IMG/VR virus record: IMGVR_UViG_3300037461_000591
Reading direction: 5' to 3' (one strand)
Length of the DNA: 39,646 nt
Source: a virus
In this document: positions 16,035-25,337 of the stretch, one piece after another
Layout: every line of letters begins with the position of its first letter
How positions within the stretch are numbered: position 1 is the stretch's first letter
Notes under the pieces: generated by a model
Told to the model about the DNA's origin: nothing
Databases searched by the model: none
What the model saw: only the letters and a program-made list of their open reading frames with translations
Program-made: the position numbers and the translations under genes

Positions 16035-16247
16035 TTATTTATTTGTTATAATATCTTCATAAAATTTACCATCCTTAAGAGGACTAGGGTTGCTCAGATG
16101 GACTTTCCAGATTGAGAATGCAGTCCAGAAAAATCCGACACAGGCAGCACCCCGGATGAATCCATGAGTAAAGGCTCCGCATAAAATACAAGCAAGGAAT
16201 AAAAACCATCGCCAGTATTTAACTAAAACAATTAGAATTGATTTCAT
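16035..16247 (-). CDS. Holin/antiholin-like membrane protein, 70 aa
   Basis: WRWFLFLACILCGAF and GAACVGFFWTAFSIW; lies immediately downstream of the amidase. Confidence 0.55.
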   Translation of the reverse strand: MKSILIVLVKYWRWFLFLACILCGAFTHGFIRGAACVGFFWTAFSIWKVHLSNPSPLKDGKFYEDIITNK

Positions 16248-16249
16248 AT

Positions 16250-16702
16250 TTATTTTTTATTAAGCATGGCAAGTTGTCCGGGAGTAAGTCTGGCACAATA
16301 TGGCTTTCTGACAGGATCATGATCAGAGTGCTGGGATATATGTATTTCCCCAAATATCTCTCTTATCCATTCACAGGATTTTTTTAACGAAAGAACCTGT
16401 GCCGATGTAAATTTCCCCGGCTTACCGATAAGACATATTTGTACACAGTTATTCTTTCCCAGCGTGGCCGCTGCCGTTTCGTCAAATTCAAACTTATCAT
16501 CATCGTCCATGGCCCTGCCTGTTTCGATAAGCCCGTCAAAATACTTATTAAATTTATTAGATGTCAGCCATCCATTAAGAATAACCAGGTGATAGCCAAT
16601 ATGGATGCCTTCAGCATTTTTAAAGCCACGAATGTTATGCCATCCGTCAATCATGACTGCATTGCCAAATTTTGAATCAGAGCAGTGAATAATTACTTCC
16701 AT
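16250..16702 (-). CDS. N-acetylmuramoyl-L-alanine amidase endolysin (Amidase_2/PGRP, T7-lysozyme-like)
   Basis: 150 aa. The motifs are IIHCSDS, DGWHNIRGF, IGYHLVI and a C-terminal HSDHDPVRKPYC, consistent with zinc ligands. Confidence 0.85.
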   Translation of the reverse strand: MEVIIHCSDSKFGNAVMIDGWHNIRGFKNAEGIHIGYHLVILNGWLTSNKFNKYFDGLIETGRAMDDDDKFEFDETAAATLGKNNCVQICLIGKPGKFTSAQVLSLKKSCEWIREIFGEIHISQHSDHDPVRKPYCARLTPGQLAMLNKK

Positions 16703-16715
16703 TGTCTTATATTTT

Positions 16716-16859
16716 TCAGTTTATATTCTTCGTGCCGATGCGTACCGGATCAACGGTTTGCTTCTCATTAAATTTAATATACTCATCAATCTTCAGGCAA
16801 TGTGTTTCTCCATCGTCCCATTCAAAAGTAACATAACCATTTTTAATTGATTTTATCAT
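16716..16859 (-). CDS. Small hypothetical protein, 47 aa (below the ORF-track cutoff)
   Basis: My translation is MIKSIKNGYVTFEWDDGETHCLKIDEYIKFNEKQTVDPVRIGTKNIN. It has an ATGA overlap with the upstream gene at 16856..16859. Confidence 0.45.
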   Translation of the reverse strand: MIKSIKNGYVTFEWDDGETHCLKIDEYIKFNEKQTVDPVRIGTKNIN

Positions 16860-19027
16860 AGTGAGGTTAAAGCAAATTGTAAATTACCACAAACACTTAA
16901 TCCAACAAACCCGCCTGCTGTTGGGGAATAATAACACATTATCACATTATTCTTCAATATATCTCTATTTATATCATCAGTAACAACAAATGGAGTATCA
17001 AGTGCTAATAGTCCTAATTGTGTAAAAGTCGAAGTGGTTTTTATAAATGTTCTTTCATCTTCGTGAAACGTTGGATTTGGGCAAGAAAATAATTCCAGAG
17101 AATCAACTGCACCCTGCCTGCGTGTTATTATCATGTAATAAATAGAACCTTGTTTGAATATTCCAGGGCAATAATAATGATTATTAACCCCTCCCATTGA
17201 AACAGGATTAAATACTGGATTCTGAGGATCACGAGTCCAATTAATCAAATCAGTTGACCATGCTACTCCAACCTTTCGAGTTGAAGCACCCGGCCCATTT
17301 GTGACAAACATATAATAGGTACTACCTACTTTTATTACAGCCTCAACATCAAGATGGTTTGTATTATCATCCCATTGCCCTGGCGCACCGTGAGCATAAA
17401 CCGGATTCCCTGCATATTTAGACCACGTAAGACCATCTACTGAAGTTGCCAATCCTATCTGTCTCAATAAACCTGTATCTGCATTTGCCCCTGCATAAAG
17501 CATATACCACGTTGCCCCTTCTTTCCAAACCTGTGGAACATATAACATAGTATGATCCCATGTTCCATGAGCACCAAAATTCAATAACGGTTTATTCACC
17601 GTATCTTCTGTCCAATTAAATCCATCTGGCGAAGTGATTCTATTTATTAATGTATTTGGGAACGTCCCATAAACCCCGTACATATTATACGTACCACTTT
17701 CAACCCAAATAGATGACCAGATTGTGCGAACTGTAACACTACTTATTGGTCTGAATATTGCAGGCCATTGATTGAGTAATGAATAATCACCAGAATATTG
17801 TGTGGCATTTTTTATATTAGCTTTTGAAAGGTTTTCATCAAATGAGAATATTTCTTTTAATATTACCCTGTCATCATGCGAATTATTATCACATTTTACA
17901 TAACATCTCGTATTCAGACTACCCCCAAATGCTATCAATTTAATTTGATCAAGTTCCTCAATATGCCATGCATCAGGATTAGTGGAGTCATATCTGCCTC
18001 TCCCTGTTGAATTAGTCACCCTCGCAAGTGCATTCCATAAACTTACATTTGATCGATCCCAAGCAGAATATGGAATATTAAGCATGGAATCTGCAAGATT
18101 ATGATTTGATGAATCTCCTGCATGGTTTGAATCAAGTTCATACCCTGCCGTTGTATAATATGTTGGAATTGTTGATGGGGTATCGTCAGACTTATAGGGT
18201 AAATATATTTCTCTGAGATAACTGGCTCCTGCCGTGACTTTATAAAGTGAATAACCATGATCCAGCATCCATGAACTTGCTTCTGCACAATAATAAGCAT
18301 TATCTTCACCAACAAGTGAAGGAGTTAATATCTCATTAGATAATATATTTATACAATTACTACCCAAAAACAAAAACCAATCAACATCAGGAGTACCACT
18401 TTTTGCATTTGCAGGAGTTTGAACAGTTGAATATATCTTTATCTGTGTTAATGGAGTAAACATATAGGGCGGAGCAAACAAACAATTATAAGTAAGATGT
18501 TCATTTGATGCCATTGTAAGATTCCCACCGTATTGAGTTCCATCAATATATAACTGGCATATCGTCCCATTCCTTATAAAAACAAAATCATGGAATAGAT
18601 TGTCATAATAATATTCATTAGGAATACACACCCCTGATTGAACATAAACATTATTAGCCTTATGATACCATATCCTTAAATTCCCAGGATTGCCAGTTCC
18701 ATAAGGTATCTGAATCAAATAATTCTGACCATTGGATGTCCTGACGATAGAGTTTTGATTAACATTACGTAACTTTCCTTGCCAATAAGCAGTAAACACA
18801 GTCCCAATATCTTTTGAAGATGCCGGGGTAAAATTCTCATCCTCTGCCCCCAAAGCCTGTGCCGACTTAAAACAAGAAGGTAATATTGTAACAGGAGAAC
18901 CTCCTAAAGAATCAGGTAAAGACAACCCACTTCGAGTTCCCTCTTTAACCCATAAGTCATTATGTTGCGTCCAGTACGCACTCCACGAAAAACCTGTGAG
19001 AAATTTCTGAATTATCTCTCGTCTCAT
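16856..19027 (-). CDS. Tail-associated LamG-like plus five-bladed beta-propeller glycoside-hydrolase-like protein (candidate depolymerase/receptor-binding protein)
   Basis: 723 aa. The N-terminal half has a concanavalin/LamG-like pattern (FVFIRNGTICQLYIDG). The C-terminal ~280 aa has blade-like repeats (GTWDHTMLYVPQVWKEGATWYMLYAG; IGLATSVDGLTWSKYAGNPV; VGVAWSTDLINWTRDPQNPVF), as in GH43/GH32/GH130-type propellers. Confidence 0.65.
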   Translation of the reverse strand: MRREIIQKFLTGFSWSAYWTQHNDLWVKEGTRSGLSLPDSLGGSPVTILPSCFKSAQALGAEDENFTPASSKDIGTVFTAYWQGKLRNVNQNSIVRTSNGQNYLIQIPYGTGNPGNLRIWYHKANNVYVQSGVCIPNEYYYDNLFHDFVFIRNGTICQLYIDGTQYGGNLTMASNEHLTYNCLFAPPYMFTPLTQIKIYSTVQTPANAKSGTPDVDWFLFLGSNCINILSNEILTPSLVGEDNAYYCAEASSWMLDHGYSLYKVTAGASYLREIYLPYKSDDTPSTIPTYYTTAGYELDSNHAGDSSNHNLADSMLNIPYSAWDRSNVSLWNALARVTNSTGRGRYDSTNPDAWHIEELDQIKLIAFGGSLNTRCYVKCDNNSHDDRVILKEIFSFDENLSKANIKNATQYSGDYSLLNQWPAIFRPISSVTVRTIWSSIWVESGTYNMYGVYGTFPNTLINRITSPDGFNWTEDTVNKPLLNFGAHGTWDHTMLYVPQVWKEGATWYMLYAGANADTGLLRQIGLATSVDGLTWSKYAGNPVYAHGAPGQWDDNTNHLDVEAVIKVGSTYYMFVTNGPGASTRKVGVAWSTDLINWTRDPQNPVFNPVSMGGVNNHYYCPGIFKQGSIYYMIITRRQGAVDSLELFSCPNPTFHEDERTFIKTTSTFTQLGLLALDTPFVVTDDINRDILKNNVIMCYYSPTAGGFVGLSVCGNLQFALTSL

Positions 19028-19028
19028 T

Positions 19029-19631
19029 TTAACTTATTTGAGATATTGAATATACTATATCACTTCCTACCTTCATCCATGCAATTATATTATCTGCGCT
19101 GGCCGTTGTATCTATCGTCCCTCCGCCGGAGTTCTTTGTAAACATTGTCCCTAGTGCCACAGTATAGCCTCCTGTACCATCTATGATCAGTTCTATAAAC
19201 CCTCCGTCACCGTCCGAGGCCCCTGTTAGGTTGACGGTAGTATTCCCGGTTATTGTTGCAGCTTTAAAGTCTTTATGTGTCGTTGCGTCCAGTGCCAGAG
19301 GATTAGCAAAAGCCGGAGCCTGTGCTGCTGATGGAGCCGGGGCATAAGCTGTTGTCTCTGTATATGCAGCCGATCCAAGACCCAGTATAGACTTCACTTC
19401 AGCCAGTGTCTTCTTCACCCATGAACCTGAAGATCCCACTTGAAAATCACTAGCAGCATCCGTCGTCGGTATCCCTAGTATCGTCTTAACCTGAGCCAAT
19501 GTTTTAACTAACCATGAGAACGTAGTAGGGCCGCTAACTATAAAACTGCTTTCGGCTGATGCAGTCGGTTTGCCGGAAATCCCATCCCAGGTTCCACCTC
19601 CTTCTATTGTAACATTGATAGTGTCTGCCAT
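19029..19631 (-). CDS. Tail fibre protein, 200 aa
   Basis: It has a duplicated motif SWLVKTLAQVKTILGI / SWVKKTLAEVKSILGL (19374..19520), a Gly/Thr-rich C-terminal domain, and a position inside the tail module. Confidence 0.6.
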   Translation of the reverse strand: MADTINVTIEGGGTWDGISGKPTASAESSFIVSGPTTFSWLVKTLAQVKTILGIPTTDAASDFQVGSSGSWVKKTLAEVKSILGLGSAAYTETTAYAPAPSAAQAPAFANPLALDATTHKDFKAATITGNTTVNLTGASDGDGGFIELIIDGTGGYTVALGTMFTKNSGGGTIDTTASADNIIAWMKVGSDIVYSISQIS

Positions 19632-19642
19632 ATCATTTTATA

Positions 19643-19999
19643 TTATGATGTTCGTTTAGTAACTATTTCCTTAACTGTCAAAAGCCCCTGAACAGAATTG
19701 AGCTGTACAAGAGGGGATGCCTGGTAAATACGGAGATCATATTTATAATCTCCCTTTGCAATATTAGTCTGCGAGGCAGTGAGCTCCAGAACCGTGATCC
19801 CCGCCGTCGGGTTTGTATGGCTGGTTATGTCTTTCGTGATCAAAGCATCAGCATCATCGCTATCCTCATCATCAAAATTCTTGACTGTAAAGAATACGAT
19901 TTTCCCGGTCAGGTCATAAACATTCTCGGCAGAATCAGTGACAGTCATTGTCCCTGCATACGGGTTGCCCTTATATATGGTTATTGCACTTGCTGCCAT
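19643..19999 (-). CDS. Beta-sandwich-like virion protein, 118 aa (hypothetical)
   Basis: ORF track; beta-rich, with an acidic loop DDEDSDDAD; lies in the tail module. Confidence 0.65.
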   Translation of the reverse strand: MAASAITIYKGNPYAGTMTVTDSAENVYDLTGKIVFFTVKNFDDEDSDDADALITKDITSHTNPTAGITVLELTASQTNIAKGDYKYDLRIYQASPLVQLNSVQGLLTVKEIVTKRTS

Positions 20000-20343
20000 T
20001 ATGTTACGGTTTTAATTGCATTAATAATATCTTTCAAAGAATAAAGTTCAAAGAGCGAATAAATCAAATATAAAGATATAAGTCCGATTATTACAGTGGC
20101 TTTCCAGTGCTTCTTGATCCAGCTTCCCATATTGCCGTTCTCCACTTCTTTAAGCCGTATTTCATGTTCTTTAATACAACCGTTGGTATGATCCTGGCGT
20201 TCTATCACCTGTTTAAATTTTATCTTCATCTGGTCATTCACGGCTCCTATTTCTGCTGCCGTGAGTTTTTGATTCATGTCGATCACTGCACGGATGTCTG
20301 CATGCATCGTCTCCAGTACCCTGATTGTCTCTTCGTTTTTCAT
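19999..20343 (-). CDS. Hypothetical protein with a C-terminal TM helix, 114 aa
   Basis: ORF track; coiled N-terminus and ATVIIGLISLYLIYSLF. Confidence 0.65.
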   Translation of the reverse strand: MKNEETIRVLETMHADIRAVIDMNQKLTAAEIGAVNDQMKIKFKQVIERQDHTNGCIKEHEIRLKEVENGNMGSWIKKHWKATVIIGLISLYLIYSLFELYSLKDIINAIKTVT

Positions 20344-20379
20344 TGACTTTCGTTTTTATAGTTATAGCCCCGCCAGAGG

Positions 20380-23300
20380 CTATCGTAAAATTTCGATTAA
20401 GTCAATATCCCATCTCCTATTCTTCACGTCAAAACTCCCTCTGTTAAAAGCAAATGCCCTGCTAAATCCTACCCAGTCTATGTCTATGACCAGCGGATGT
20501 GCCTCGTCAAGGTCAAATCTGATATTTGTGATCAGGTTATCCATCCAGTCAGTCCCCCCGGCATCCAGTGAACTCATGTCTAAAATGAGCGTATGCCATT
20601 CTCCGTCTGAGATTAAAGCCAATGCTTTATAATAAGAAGCAGAATATCCATGTCCCGCTGTTTTGTAAAATATTTCTCCGTAAGAAGGAGTCCCGCTGAT
20701 AACTTTATATCTGATATTTATATACCTGTAATCCTTTCCTTTGATGCTTATATCACTATGAAGATAAAATACAGGGTCTCCTGCTGTAGTGGTCTGCCTT
20801 ATATATCCCCCTGTCAGGGCTAGTGTGCAGTTTGTAAGATCCCATGATGCTATGTTTCTGATGTCTGTGATGCTCTCATCCACATTACGGTCATCATAAT
20901 AACATCCAAGCACATCAATGTTCGGCTCATTTGAAGATATGTTTGTCTCCTGAATAGGAAGGGATAGCATCCTCCTTGGCTTGGCCAGCTGATGACCCAG
21001 CTCGTCGGCTATCAGTGCCAGCAGTGATTTTGAAGTGCTCTCTCCCCGATGACACCAGCTGGAAGATTTATCAATGACACCTGTAAGCAACGCCAGCTTA
21101 GTCACATAATCACATTTTATATTTGCCGTCCCCGAAGTCCCGGTAAGAGTAATCGTATCAATCCTTACTACGGCCACGACTGCATCTTGTGTATCCTGCG
21201 CTCCATTAGAGTCCCAATTCAAATCTCCAGTTAATTGCTGGAGATTCGGAAACACTGTAAATTCCACACCAACAACAGTAGTAAATATAAGACTATCTCC
21301 GTCCCTGGTTAGCGTTACGCCGACAGCAACAAATGCAGATCCTTCATTGGCAATAAAGCTATCAATGGTATTAGCCACAGATCCGCCATACCACGCCATC
21401 TCTTTAGTTTCCCCATTACAACTTATATCAACAGATCCCCCTGTTCCTTCTATTGTCATTGTACATATTGCAGCCTTTCCGGTGATGTGTGCCTGTGTGT
21501 GTTCAATAATGCCGGACATATCCCCGGAAACATTAACTATCGTAGTACTGTCGGTGAAATCATTGCCATCGTCCTCTGTAAATATAACATCATCCCCTGA
21601 ATGAGTGACAGTGATCCCCGGATAAGCAGATGAATGATCTGTATCGAAATTCTCAGCAGCCTGAGCTTTTGAATATAGTGGATAAATAGCTAGAGCTCCC
21701 TTGAATTGTTCGATGATATTTTCAATATTGACATCAGGATCAGCAGCCGGGGACGACGTGTCGAGGACATCACCCAAGTCGACATCCAACTCAATTTCTT
21801 CACCGTTCACTGTGTTAGTACGTTCGTGAGTGTATTCGACTATATTCAGTTGTTCGTCGACAATGCGTTCTTTGACGGAATAATATTTGTTCCTCAAATA
21901 TATGCCGTATTCTCCCATATACCCTCCAGAAATCCTCAGCCGCTGCCAGAAGCTACGTGACTTTTGTTTCGCCACCGTCGCCGTAGAGGATGCGTAAAAA
22001 CGAATATTCCTGAAACAGACATAAACATCTCCGGCGGAACCTAATATGTTCCCTTTGAGGTTTATCCTGATGGTGGCCGCATCTTCTATTCCTATAAATT
22101 GTTTTTTATATGTAGTCCATCCGCTCCAACCGGGGTCGCGACTCAACACGAACGATAGCGCACTCGGGACGGTTGCCGACCAGTGCGCGTTCAGCCCGTC
22201 ACCGCTGCTCTTTAAATGTTTCGTTTGGTAAATGTCTATCCCGAATTCTGTACTCAAAGCCCCAGAAGTGGTGTTGATGGAAGCATATTCAAATTCGATA
22301 ATAAAAGCATCCACTGCACTAATCTTGGAATAAACTCCAAAGTCCTGATACAATAATTTATCGCTAATAAGTGCTATGCCTTGTTTTTCTCCAATCACAT
22401 AATCACCGACCGGGCGATAATAATCTCCTGCCGTAGCCCTCGTCCATCCTTCCCATTCCGTCCCATCGAAAGTATCTGCATCAAAGCGGTAATTACTGAT
22501 CCAGCTGTCTTTAAAACCGTAATCATGAATTAAGCTGAGCTTCTTAGCCGGGTCAATGATTGTCATACAACCTCCGTTAATATCCCGTATCTCGCTCGAC
22601 ACGGTAGCTCGTTTGATAAATTTATACAAGTCCAGAGATACACTGCTCTTTGTCGTCTCTGCTGTAAAATGCCTGCCATAGACGGTTGAAAGTAATTCGT
22701 TGGGCCGATAGATATAAAATACCCCGTCACGCTGACGGATCAGAGCGTTCCACTTTGTAAGGATTTTCTCAAGCATGTCGTAGCATGTGAAATCTTCTCC
22801 GACAGCAGCATCGATAAGTGTTTGCTCTGCCGGGGAATCGTCAACAGAATCAGCCATATAATCTTCATAGATATTGACTGATTCAATAAACTCCGTAAAT
22901 CCTATCTTTCCTAGTATGTCGAGCAGTATTTTTGATTCCCGCTGGCGTCCCGTATAATGTTCACCATCATCATCATACATCACATTCTTGAGATAACCGA
23001 GGGCATCGGTAGCAGTAAAATCTATGTCATAAGGCGTATCGTTGTAAGCCTCCTTATAGCTGGAATCCAGATAACCCCGGAATTTAAGTTGTGAGTCAGC
23101 AAAGCCGAACATATCAGTAAAAGAGAAATTTGTTGCTGCATCGTTAAGCAGATAAAGAAAATATGTTGCTGCCGTGGTTGCTGTCAGCGTGATATAATTA
23201 AGTCCCTCGGCAACGGTATCAGAGTCTGCGTCTGCCGACGTATCTGTGTTCCAGAGATGAATACCAGGAAGCTGACCGCTGTTCTTTGTAAACAGGAACA

Positions 23301-23736
23301 TCAGTGTAATCGACTCCCCTGCCAGCAATGTAAAATTATTTGAGTGTGCTTCTCCCAGCGTTCCTGTTTCGATAGCAGAAGTAACAGCCGGACCATTGGA
23401 AGTAAACGTCTCATAACGTCCTGAGTAATTTGCCCAGCTCGTGATCTTATTCCCTCCTTTAAAAATAGAAAGCCGGTATGTAAGATCATTGGCATTGTAG
23501 AGTCTGAGATACTGGAACGGCCTGGTACATTTAACCGTTAATGTAGCCATAGTACCTCGTACACGTCTAACCATAAGATTGTCTGCATCAGCCAGCGGCT
23601 CTATCCTCAGAGGACTGCCGGAGGGCTGCATTGCTTCAGGAGCTACTGTGATATCCTGCTCCTCAATATAAGCACCCCACTCAAGGGCATGTATGTCAAG
23701 TATCTCGGCTTTATATTTTATCCCCCAGGTTCCCAT
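20380..23736 (-). CDS. Distal-tail-protein (Dit)-like baseplate protein with multiple inserted carbohydrate-binding-like modules, 1118 aa
   Basis: It lies immediately after the tape measure (TAATG junction). It has an inserted module at aa ~100-212 similar to the C-terminal module of 26045..26812, an internal tandem repeat at aa ~691-885, and a C-terminal jelly-roll-like domain (...EWHTLILDMS...IRFDLDE...IDIDWVGF). Confidence 0.6.
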   Translation of the reverse strand: MGTWGIKYKAEILDIHALEWGAYIEEQDITVAPEAMQPSGSPLRIEPLADADNLMVRRVRGTMATLTVKCTRPFQYLRLYNANDLTYRLSIFKGGNKITSWANYSGRYETFTSNGPAVTSAIETGTLGEAHSNNFTLLAGESITLMFLFTKNSGQLPGIHLWNTDTSADADSDTVAEGLNYITLTATTAATYFLYLLNDAATNFSFTDMFGFADSQLKFRGYLDSSYKEAYNDTPYDIDFTATDALGYLKNVMYDDDGEHYTGRQRESKILLDILGKIGFTEFIESVNIYEDYMADSVDDSPAEQTLIDAAVGEDFTCYDMLEKILTKWNALIRQRDGVFYIYRPNELLSTVYGRHFTAETTKSSVSLDLYKFIKRATVSSEIRDINGGCMTIIDPAKKLSLIHDYGFKDSWISNYRFDADTFDGTEWEGWTRATAGDYYRPVGDYVIGEKQGIALISDKLLYQDFGVYSKISAVDAFIIEFEYASINTTSGALSTEFGIDIYQTKHLKSSGDGLNAHWSATVPSALSFVLSRDPGWSGWTTYKKQFIGIEDAATIRINLKGNILGSAGDVYVCFRNIRFYASSTATVAKQKSRSFWQRLRISGGYMGEYGIYLRNKYYSVKERIVDEQLNIVEYTHERTNTVNGEEIELDVDLGDVLDTSSPAADPDVNIENIIEQFKGALAIYPLYSKAQAAENFDTDHSSAYPGITVTHSGDDVIFTEDDGNDFTDSTTIVNVSGDMSGIIEHTQAHITGKAAICTMTIEGTGGSVDISCNGETKEMAWYGGSVANTIDSFIANEGSAFVAVGVTLTRDGDSLIFTTVVGVEFTVFPNLQQLTGDLNWDSNGAQDTQDAVVAVVRIDTITLTGTSGTANIKCDYVTKLALLTGVIDKSSSWCHRGESTSKSLLALIADELGHQLAKPRRMLSLPIQETNISSNEPNIDVLGCYYDDRNVDESITDIRNIASWDLTNCTLALTGGYIRQTTTAGDPVFYLHSDISIKGKDYRYINIRYKVISGTPSYGEIFYKTAGHGYSASYYKALALISDGEWHTLILDMSSLDAGGTDWMDNLITNIRFDLDEAHPLVIDIDWVGFSRAFAFNRGSFDVKNRRWDIDLIEILR

Positions 23737-25337
23737 TATGTATGTTTGTTAAGTTTCTCAGCATAACGTTTGTTTGACAGGTAGATGACATCCCCCCGGA
23801 TCTCTCCCTCTACCTTTATAGTAGCCATCTTCTCACTGCTTGACGCCACATAAGTACCACTGCCGGAATAAGAAGAGCCTCCTCCCATGTTCGAAGAGAC
23901 GGTAGATTTGGCATTGCTCCCGGCTCCTTTGATAAGTCCTGCAAGAAGTATCAATGCAGCACCGGCAGCAAGAGCAGCATAAGGATTTTCAAAAGTTTCT
24001 TCAAAGGCTAACGTAGCAGCCCCATAAGCGACGAGCAGGGCTCCGAATTGCTGAAGAAAACCGGCCATTGCATTTAAAAGGGACTGTCCTAGATTCTCAA
24101 CATTACCGCTTCCAAGGGCCTCGCCGAGGGCAAAGATCACATCTTCAGCACTACTAAGGAGCATCATTCTAGCATCATCCATAATACCTTTAGTTTCTTG
24201 AAATCCCTGGTAGAGAGACATGTTGACTTTGTGTAACTGGTTGTCTATTTGGTCAGGACTTATTCCATTCGCTCCGAGGATGATTGATGAAATAGCATCA
24301 AGTTCCTCCATCTTCATCTGACCGGTAGATTTTATATCTGGTATCTCTATCTTTGAAGTGTTTATTGTCTTCGGGACGAACGCCTCTCTTTTTATTTGCC
24401 TGACTGTTTTGAGCTGGTCTTCAAGTATTTTTAAACCTTCTCTATAAAATTCCAGCATAGGGTTCGGTTCCTGTACACCAGCCATGCCCGGTCTTACGAA
24501 AGATTCTTTTTCAAGCAAAGCTATCTGTGCCTCTGTCTGTTGTTTCAACGCGAGTAATTGGTCTTTGGGTAGGTTGCGCCAAAGAGCGTAAGGGTCGTTG
24601 ATGCCTGCATTCTTAGGAGAGACACCGATGAGACTGGATACTATTTCAAGGGCATGGATAAATAGTGGGCTCTCTGCAATAAACTTACCGACTCCCTCTT
24701 TAAATGTCTCCCATGCATTTGAAAGCTGGCCAAATTTTGTGGCAGTTGTATCAGCAACATCACCCATTTTTTTCAATTCTTCGGCAACAATATCTCCCAC
24801 GACCATAGCCACATCTCCCACGGTAGCAGTCTCAACACCAAGATCACCAAATTTTTCACGGAGACGAACAGCAGAGATGCCGAGATTATAAAGAATCAAA
24901 GGACTCTTTCTGCCTATTCCAAGCACAATACTCTCTACCAAATAATCTACCGATTCCCCGGTTTGCTGTGCTCTTTTTTGTGCAAACTCAAAGAGTGTGG
25001 CAAGCTGTTCCATAGGAAGTTGAAAGTTACTGGCCCGGACAGCACTCTGCATCAACGCAAGGTCAGTGACTGTATTACGTGTGGCTTTACGCAGATTGGC
25101 AAGAAAATCTTTGTCCGCAATTCTATCAAAGGCTTGTTTTATACCCTCGGCTTTAGCTGCCAGCAGTACCGCTTCCTTTCCAAAGTTGACGATCTGCTGA
25201 ACTCCAAAAGCGATGCCTATGGCTGCACCAACTTTTTTAGCCCATGACAAAACAGACCCTTCGCTCTTCTTAAGAGTGCTATCAAGGTGCGCTGAATCCC
25301 CGCGGATACGAACAAGTAAATTATTTAACAGCCCCAT
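23736..25337 (-). CDS. Tail tape measure protein, 533 aa
   Basis: It follows the G/GT chaperone pair. It is helical and Ala/Gly-rich, with hydrophobic segments near both ends. Confidence 0.8.
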   Translation of the reverse strand: MGLLNNLLVRIRGDSAHLDSTLKKSEGSVLSWAKKVGAAIGIAFGVQQIVNFGKEAVLLAAKAEGIKQAFDRIADKDFLANLRKATRNTVTDLALMQSAVRASNFQLPMEQLATLFEFAQKRAQQTGESVDYLVESIVLGIGRKSPLILYNLGISAVRLREKFGDLGVETATVGDVAMVVGDIVAEELKKMGDVADTTATKFGQLSNAWETFKEGVGKFIAESPLFIHALEIVSSLIGVSPKNAGINDPYALWRNLPKDQLLALKQQTEAQIALLEKESFVRPGMAGVQEPNPMLEFYREGLKILEDQLKTVRQIKREAFVPKTINTSKIEIPDIKSTGQMKMEELDAISSIILGANGISPDQIDNQLHKVNMSLYQGFQETKGIMDDARMMLLSSAEDVIFALGEALGSGNVENLGQSLLNAMAGFLQQFGALLVAYGAATLAFEETFENPYAALAAGAALILLAGLIKGAGSNAKSTVSSNMGGGSSYSGSGTYVASSSEKMATIKVEGEIRGDVIYLSNKRYAEKLNKHT

